Positions 44,769 through 49,983 of a stretch of DNA of 49,983 nucleotides are shown here, one piece after another. The notes below the pieces were generated by a model. The model ran no database searches. It was not told the DNA's origin and saw nothing but the letters and a program-made list of their open reading frames with translations. The translations under genes and the position numbers were made by a program. Within the stretch, counting starts at the first letter, position 1, and every line of letters begins with the position of its first letter. The stretch comes from Gammaproteobacteria bacterium. Lineage in GTDB: Bacteria; Pseudomonadota; Gammaproteobacteria; Ga0077554; Ga007554. The stretch is from assembly GCA_020053945.1 (NCBI GenBank), contig JAGVME010000017.1:1-49983 (forward strand), in the 5' to 3' direction.

Positions 44769-47700
44769 TTACGCCACCGCGATCCTATTACGCATAAATG
44801 CGTAATACATCACGGGTATCACCACCAATGTCAGTAGCGTGGAAACCATGATGCCAAAGATCAGTGAAATAGCCAACCCATTAAAAATCGGATCGTCGAG
44901 AATAAACACTGCGCCAAGCATCGCTGCCAGGGCGGTCAACACAATCGGTTTGGCGCGCACGCTGCCGGCGCGGATCACCGCTTCATCAAAGGCCACACCA
45001 CGCGCCACCTCGATGTTGATGAAATCCACCAGCAGAATTGAGTTACGCACAATAATACCCGCCAGGGCAATCATACCAATCATGGAGGTGGCAGTGAAAG
45101 GCGCGCCGAGCAAGGCATGGCCGGGCATCACGCCAATAATAGTCAGTGGAATCGGCGCCATGATGATCAACGGCACTAAGTAGGAGCGAAACTGCGCCAC
45201 CACCAGCAGATAAATAAATATCAGGCCAACACCATAAGCAATGCCCATGTCACGGAAGGTGTCATAGGTAATCTGCCATTCACCATCCCACTTCAGACTA
45301 TACTGATAGGGGTTGGCGGGTTGATCAAGTAGATGTTGGTCAAGTTTTTCACCGTTGTGCATGGGTTTATCATTCAACTGCCCGCGCATGTCAAACATGC
45401 CATACAGCGGGCTGTCGAGCTTGCCTGCGGCATCGCCCGTAACGAATACCACCGGCAATAAATCCTTGTGATAAATGGCGTGCTCGCGACTACTGTGCTG
45501 CACCGTCACGATTTCAGACAAAGGTATCAACGCGCCCTTCTGGCTGCGCACTTTAATCTGCAATAACGACGCAACCGATGCCTTGTCGGCAACAGGTAGT
45601 TCCAGACGAATCGGTATCGCATATTTGGCATTGTTATCGTGCAGATAACTACTGTCTTCGCCGCCCAATGCCGCGCTTATAACTGTCACCACACTTTGTT
45701 GTGAAATGCCAAGTGTCGCCGCTTTTTGGCGATCCACCTGTAAAATCAGGCGCGGCGCTTCAGCCTCAACACTATCATCCACATCCACCACTTCGGCGGT
45801 GCTTTCAAACACTTTACGCACCTCCTGGGCGATACGTATCTGGCCGGGGTAATCAATACCGTAAATTTCAGCTACCAGGGGTGCTTGTACCGGCGGGCCG
45901 GGCGGCACTTCCACAATTTTTACATTAGCATTGAAACGACGGCCAATCTCCTGCAGTGGTGCGCGTACGGATGCGGCAATCTCATGACTTTTGCGGTCAC
46001 GTTTTTTTCTGTCTGCCAGATTCACTTGAATGTCACCGACATTGGCACCCTTACGCAAATAATATTGGCGCACCAGACCGTTAAAATTAATCGGTGATGC
46101 CGTGCCCGCATAGGTTTGATAATCGGTAATTTCCGGTACGGTCGCAAGATAAACACCCAGCTCATTGAGTACCCTCGCAGTCTGTTCCACCGTAGTACCT
46201 TCAGGCATATCTACGACCACTTGAAACTCCGATTTATTGTCAAAGGGTAACATCTTCAACACCACCAGTTTGACTGCGGCCAGGCCCACGGAGATGACAA
46301 TCAACAGCATGATGGCGCCAAATAATCCCCAGCGCCGCGGGCGGCCTGCATCGCCCTTCAGAAACCCGCCGATATATTTTTTAAAGCCCGGATACAAGCG
46401 GGTGTCATCCTGTCCACTTACAGTGATATCAGGTGCGTGAACATGTTTGGCATTACGTAATACTTTATACGTTAACCACGGCGTCACAATAAAAGCCACG
46501 GCCAGCGAAATCAACATGCCCATGCTGGCATTGATCGGGATAGGGCTCATATAAGGCCCCATCATGCCCGACACAAAGGCCATCGGTAACAATGCAGCGA
46601 TGACGGTGAAGGTGGCAAGAATAGTGGGGCTACCCACTTCATCGACCGCCAACGGAATCGCCTCAGCCAGGCTTTTGCCGCCAATCTGCCGATGACGATG
46701 AATGTTTTCCACCACCACAATCGCATCATCTACCAGGATGCCAATGGAAAAAATCAAGGCAAATAACGACACGCGATTAAGCGTAAAACCCCACGCCCAG
46801 GAAGCAAATAAAGTAATCGCCAGAGTGATCACCACGGCCGCGCCGACAATCAATGCCTCGCGCCAACCCAATGCAAAACCGACCAACACCACTACCAGCG
46901 CTGTGGCAAACATCAACTTGCTGATCAACGTCATGGCTTTGTCATTAGCCGTGAGGCCATAGTTGCGTGTGACAGTGGCATGAATGCCGTCCGGCACAAC
47001 CGTGCCTTGAATCTGCTCAAAACGCTCAATCAATTGCTCGGCAATGGCTACAGCATTGGTGCCGGGTTTTTTGGCGATGGCGATCGTCACTGCCGGAGCT
47101 TCCCCCTTGAAGGTAATGCCCTTGTCTGCGGCGGCAGGGCCGGTGCCAAACGTAACATACTGCTCAGGCTGATCTGCTCCGGCGGTGACCTGCGCCACAT
47201 CACGCAAATACACCGGAGAACCATTACGCATGCCCACCACCAGCGCGGCAATATCTTCGCTGTTGGTAAAGAACGTGCCTGCCTGCACCTGTATTTCCTG
47301 ATTATTGGCAATCAATGCCCCGGCATCACGCGACACATTCGCAACAATAAGTGCGTTGCGTAAATCATCAAACGCAATACCATAGCCCGCCATACGCCTG
47401 GCATCGAGCTGCACATGCACGACACGGTCGGGGCCGCCGATGGTATAAATATCGCGTGTACCCGGCACGCGTTTCAGCTCGGCTTCAATAGCGTGCGCGA
47501 CACGTTGCAGCTCGTATCCACCCCGGGTTTGGTCGTCTGTCCACAGCGTCAGTGCAACAATGGGTACATCATCCATGCCCATCGGTTTGACGATAGGTTG
47601 ACTCACGCCTGAATTAGCGGGCAGCCAATCCTGGTTGGCATAAATGGCGTTATATAAACGCACGATGGATTGGGTGCGGTCTTCACCCACTTCAAACTCA

Positions 47701-47999
47701 ACAGTCAATACTGAACGCCCCGGCTGCGACACCGAATAAACGTGTTTGATGCCTTCAATTTCCGATAGCATCTGCTCGCCCGGCGTACTGATTAACGACT
47801 CAACTTCTTTGGCCGTAGCGCCGGGGAACGCGATAAACACATTGGCGAACGTCACTTCAATCTGCGGCTCTTCTTCGCGTGGCGTCACCAGCACCGCGAA
47901 CACGCCCAGCAGTAATCCGACCAGCGCCAGCAATGGCGTGATCTGCGAATGCAGGAATTTTTTGGCGATGGTGCCGGAGATGCCCATACGTTCGCTCAT
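44769..47999 (-). CDS. RND efflux transporter permease (AcrB/HAE-like)
   Basis: It is 1076 aa with 12 TM segments and two large periplasmic loops. The N-terminus ISGTIAKKFLHSQITPLLAL is typical. Confidence 0.92.
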   Translation of the reverse strand: MSERMGISGTIAKKFLHSQITPLLALVGLLLGVFAVLVTPREEEPQIEVTFANVFIAFPGATAKEVESLISTPGEQMLSEIEGIKHVYSVSQPGRSVLTVEFEVGEDRTQSIVRLYNAIYANQDWLPANSGVSQPIVKPMGMDDVPIVALTLWTDDQTRGGYELQRVAHAIEAELKRVPGTRDIYTIGGPDRVVHVQLDARRMAGYGIAFDDLRNALIVANVSRDAGALIANNQEIQVQAGTFFTNSEDIAALVVGMRNGSPVYLRDVAQVTAGADQPEQYVTFGTGPAAADKGITFKGEAPAVTIAIAKKPGTNAVAIAEQLIERFEQIQGTVVPDGIHATVTRNYGLTANDKAMTLISKLMFATALVVVLVGFALGWREALIVGAAVVITLAITLFASWAWGFTLNRVSLFALIFSIGILVDDAIVVVENIHRHRQIGGKSLAEAIPLAVDEVGSPTILATFTVIAALLPMAFVSGMMGPYMSPIPINASMGMLISLAVAFIVTPWLTYKVLRNAKHVHAPDITVSGQDDTRLYPGFKKYIGGFLKGDAGRPRRWGLFGAIMLLIVISVGLAAVKLVVLKMLPFDNKSEFQVVVDMPEGTTVEQTARVLNELGVYLATVPEITDYQTYAGTASPINFNGLVRQYYLRKGANVGDIQVNLADRKKRDRKSHEIAASVRAPLQEIGRRFNANVKIVEVPPGPPVQAPLVAEIYGIDYPGQIRIAQEVRKVFESTAEVVDVDDSVEAEAPRLILQVDRQKAATLGISQQSVVTVISAALGGEDSSYLHDNNAKYAIPIRLELPVADKASVASLLQIKVRSQKGALIPLSEIVTVQHSSREHAIYHKDLLPVVFVTGDAAGKLDSPLYGMFDMRGQLNDKPMHNGEKLDQHLLDQPANPYQYSLKWDGEWQITYDTFRDMGIAYGVGLIFIYLLVVAQFRSYLVPLIIMAPIPLTIIGVMPGHALLGAPFTATSMIGMIALAGIIVRNSILLVDFINIEVARGVAFDEAVIRAGSVRAKPIVLTALAAMLGAVFILDDPIFNGLAISLIFGIMVSTLLTLVVIPVMYYAFMRNRIAVA

Positions 48000-49054
48000 T
48001 CTTTACGGGTACGCTGCTGTTTTAACGTCGCTGTGGCGCGCACCGGATCAAGCGCCACCCGCTCATCCACGTCCAGCCCGGCCAATACCTCGACCATACC
48101 ATCATCGTAGACCTGCCCCACACGAATCTGGCGCAGCGACACACGCCCCTCCTTGCCAACGACATACACGCCCGTCACTTCGCTGCGATGCACTACGGCG
48201 CTGTACGGGATTTGTAGACGCTGCTCAGTGGCCTGGACAAATGCGGCTTTCACTAGCATGCCGGGATAAATGCCCACGTGCCCGGCGGGCAAGTCGGCAC
48301 GTACTTTAACAGTATGTGTCATGGCATCGGCTTGGGGGAAAATGGTGAGTGGGGCGGCTTCCAGCGGACGGCTTTGCCCAGGCACTAAAATATGCACACG
48401 GCCCTGGGCGCGCACTGTCTTGAGAAAGGTTTGCGGCACATCAATCAAAACCCGCAGCCTGTCCGGCGCGCGCAGCGTCAACAGAGGTTGTCCCGGCTGC
48501 ACCATTTCACCGACTTCGGCGTGGCGCTGCACGATAATGCCATCATAAGGCGCTTTTATCACAGCATAGCCAGCGGACTCACGGCCCTCTGCCACACGCG
48601 CCTGAGCGGCCTCCAACCGCGCCTGCGCCGCCTCCAATAAGGCCGTAGCACGATCCATTTCTACCCGCGCGACCAGGCGTTTTTCATAAATGCTTTTGAT
48701 GCGATCAAAATCCTGCTGTGCTTCCTTGTGACGCGCCTGCGCCTCACTCAATCCGGCCTGCCCGTGCGCCAACCGGGCCTGTAATTCAGTGTTCCGCAAG
48801 CGCACCAGCACCTCGCCCTTCGCCACACGGTCATCCACATCCACCGTCACTTCATGGATACGGCTGCCCACTTGGGCCGACACCATGGATTGCTTGATGG
48901 GCTCAATCAATGCATCAAATAACTGTTCATCCGCTACCATGCGGTATTGAACTTGGGTTACCGCAAGGGGTGGTGCAGCGGCAAGCGCCGCTTGGCAAAC
49001 CCATAATCCCGCAAGCACCACCCTAAAAATGGACACTATTAATGTTTGTGACAT
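47996..49054 (-). CDS. RND efflux periplasmic adaptor (membrane fusion protein)
   Basis: It has a signal/anchor, a coiled-coil hairpin (EAQARHKEAQQDFDRIKSIYEK...LEAAQARLEAAQARV) and a beta-barrel domain. It overlaps the permease start by 4 bp. Confidence 0.9.
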   Translation of the reverse strand: MSQTLIVSIFRVVLAGLWVCQAALAAAPPLAVTQVQYRMVADEQLFDALIEPIKQSMVSAQVGSRIHEVTVDVDDRVAKGEVLVRLRNTELQARLAHGQAGLSEAQARHKEAQQDFDRIKSIYEKRLVARVEMDRATALLEAAQARLEAAQARVAEGRESAGYAVIKAPYDGIIVQRHAEVGEMVQPGQPLLTLRAPDRLRVLIDVPQTFLKTVRAQGRVHILVPGQSRPLEAAPLTIFPQADAMTHTVKVRADLPAGHVGIYPGMLVKAAFVQATEQRLQIPYSAVVHRSEVTGVYVVGKEGRVSLRQIRVGQVYDDGMVEVLAGLDVDERVALDPVRATATLKQQRTRKE

Positions 49055-49091
49055 GGATTACCCCATCAATAACACTGGCTGCCGCCAGAAC

Positions 49092-49123
49092 AATTCAATA
49101 TTAGTATATACTAATATTGAATT
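49092..49123. promoter_or_regulatory. Perfect 32-bp AT-rich palindrome AATTCAATATTAGTAT|ATACTAATATTGAATT, a candidate operator
   Basis: Read directly: the reverse complement of the first 16 nt equals the last 16 nt. It lies 38 nt upstream of the adaptor gene start and about 100 nt after the phosphoketolase stop. Confidence 0.55.
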
Positions 49124-49226
49124 TCGCACTATGGCTATCGTGGTATAACGGATGTTTATCCGCTGATTGAAATGGGACTGGTATCAGGCAATCTTCCCGA
49201 CAGCGAATCCTGGCCTGCATACCTTT

Positions 49227-49983
49227 TTAATAGGGCCACCGCCAGCCTTGTATCTCCGGCATATCCTGCCCATGCGTGGTGATGTACTGCATATGCTCGA
49301 TCAACTTATCGCGGGTAAACTGTTTGAGATGGGCGGCGGCTGAGCCAAGCTTAGGCACACGGTCAATTACATCTGCCACCAAGTGAAAACGATCCAGGTC
49401 ATTACGCACCGCCATGTCAAAAGGCGTCGTCGTGGTGCCTTCTTCCTTATATCCCCGCACATGCAGGTTGTTATGGTTGGTGCGGCGGTAGATCAAGCGG
49501 TGGATCAACCAAGGATACCCGTGGTAAGCGAATATGATCGGCTTATCGGTGGTGAATAAGGTGTCAAAATCTTTATCAGGCAAACCATGAGGATGCTCTT
49601 CCTGGGGTTGCAATGCCATGAGGTCCACCACATTGATGACGCGGACTTTAAGCTGCGGCAAATGGGTGCGCAGCATATCCACTGCCGCCAGCATTTCAAG
49701 TGTTGGCACATCCCCGGCGCAGGCCATCACGACATCGGGTTCGCCCCCCTGGTCGTTGCTCGCCCACTCCCATAGGCCAATGCCCGCACTGCAATGCTTG
49801 ATCGCAGCATCCATATCCAGCCACTGCGGCTGTTCGCTTTTACCTGCGACAATGACATTGACCAGGTTGCGGCTGCGTAACACCACATCCGTGACATATA
49901 ATAATGTATTGGCATCAGGGGGAAGATAGACGCGGATCACATCCGCTTTTTTATTTATCACATGGTCAATGAAACCCGGATCC
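49227..49983 (-). CDS. xfp: Phosphoketolase, C-terminal part (the gene continues beyond the window end)
   Basis: The frame is open to the window edge ([28 protein letters not shown]). [13 protein letters not shown] and [15 protein letters not shown] are typical of Xfp. Confidence 0.9.
   Translation of the reverse strand, partial: DPGFIDHVINKKADVIRVYLPPDANTLLYVTDVVLRSRNLVNVIVAGKSEQPQWLDMDAAIKHCSAGIGLWEWASNDQGGEPDVVMACAGDVPTLEMLAAVDMLRTHLPQLKVRVINVVDLMALQPQEEHPHGLPDKDFDTLFTTDKPIIFAYHGYPWLIHRLIYRRTNHNNLHVRGYKEEGTTTTPFDMAVRNDLDRFHLVADVIDRVPKLGSAAAHLKQFTRDKLIEHMQYITTHGQDMPEIQGWRWPY

Noticed and set aside
1-49983. CRISPR arrays, rRNA genes, prophage or integrase genes, and toxin-antitoxin pairs.
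   Set aside because: I saw no regularly spaced direct repeats and no rRNA-like sequence. No phage structural, integrase or small paired ORFs turned up while reading both strands.

Overview
This is a ~50 kb chromosomal segment from a beta/gammaproteobacterium-like genome, and most of it is densely packed housekeeping genes in well-known syntenic blocks. On the minus strand these blocks are tRNA-Ser/miaA-hfq-hflX-hflK-hflC-yjeT and lpxB-[insertion]-rnhB-dnaE-accA-tilS-putA. Other recognisable genes are prfC, msrPQ, aguAB, ampG, a partial phosphoketolase, a PhnD-like SBP/histidine kinase/response regulator/REC-PAS-GGDEF-EAL signalling operon, and a two-gene RND efflux operon.

The clearest accessory DNA is a ~2.7 kb insertion (33286-35974) that splits the normally adjacent lpxB and rnhB. 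It carries an AT-rich orphan 526-aa AAA+/ORC-Cdc6-like ATPase with an unusually long insert between Walker A and Walker B. Next to it lie an intact REP-associated tyrosine transposase (RAYT) flanked by inverted REPs, and a decayed duplicate of the RAYT 3' end. This ATPase is my best candidate for an undescribed single-gene conflict or defence module, but I cannot confirm that without searches.

Other points worth a second look:
- tilS has no ATG/GTG/TTG upstream of its essential PP-loop. It lies in frame with accA, 12 nt after the accA stop; a CTG with a good SD is the likely start.
- prfC encodes Cys in place of the invariant P-loop Gly (HPDACKT).
- A three-gene operon of secreted proteins and lipoproteins (CsgG-like, DUF799-like and a third member) has no cargo gene and is preceded by two related GTTGAAAA hairpins.
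- There is a divergent 604-aa SelO-like pseudokinase.
- There is a Met/His-rich periplasmic mini-protein.
- A perfect 32-bp palindrome sits upstream of the RND operon.

I found no CRISPR array, rRNA, prophage or integrase. All product calls come from reading the translated ORFs against remembered family signatures. Start codons were chosen by eye, and no database search was possible.
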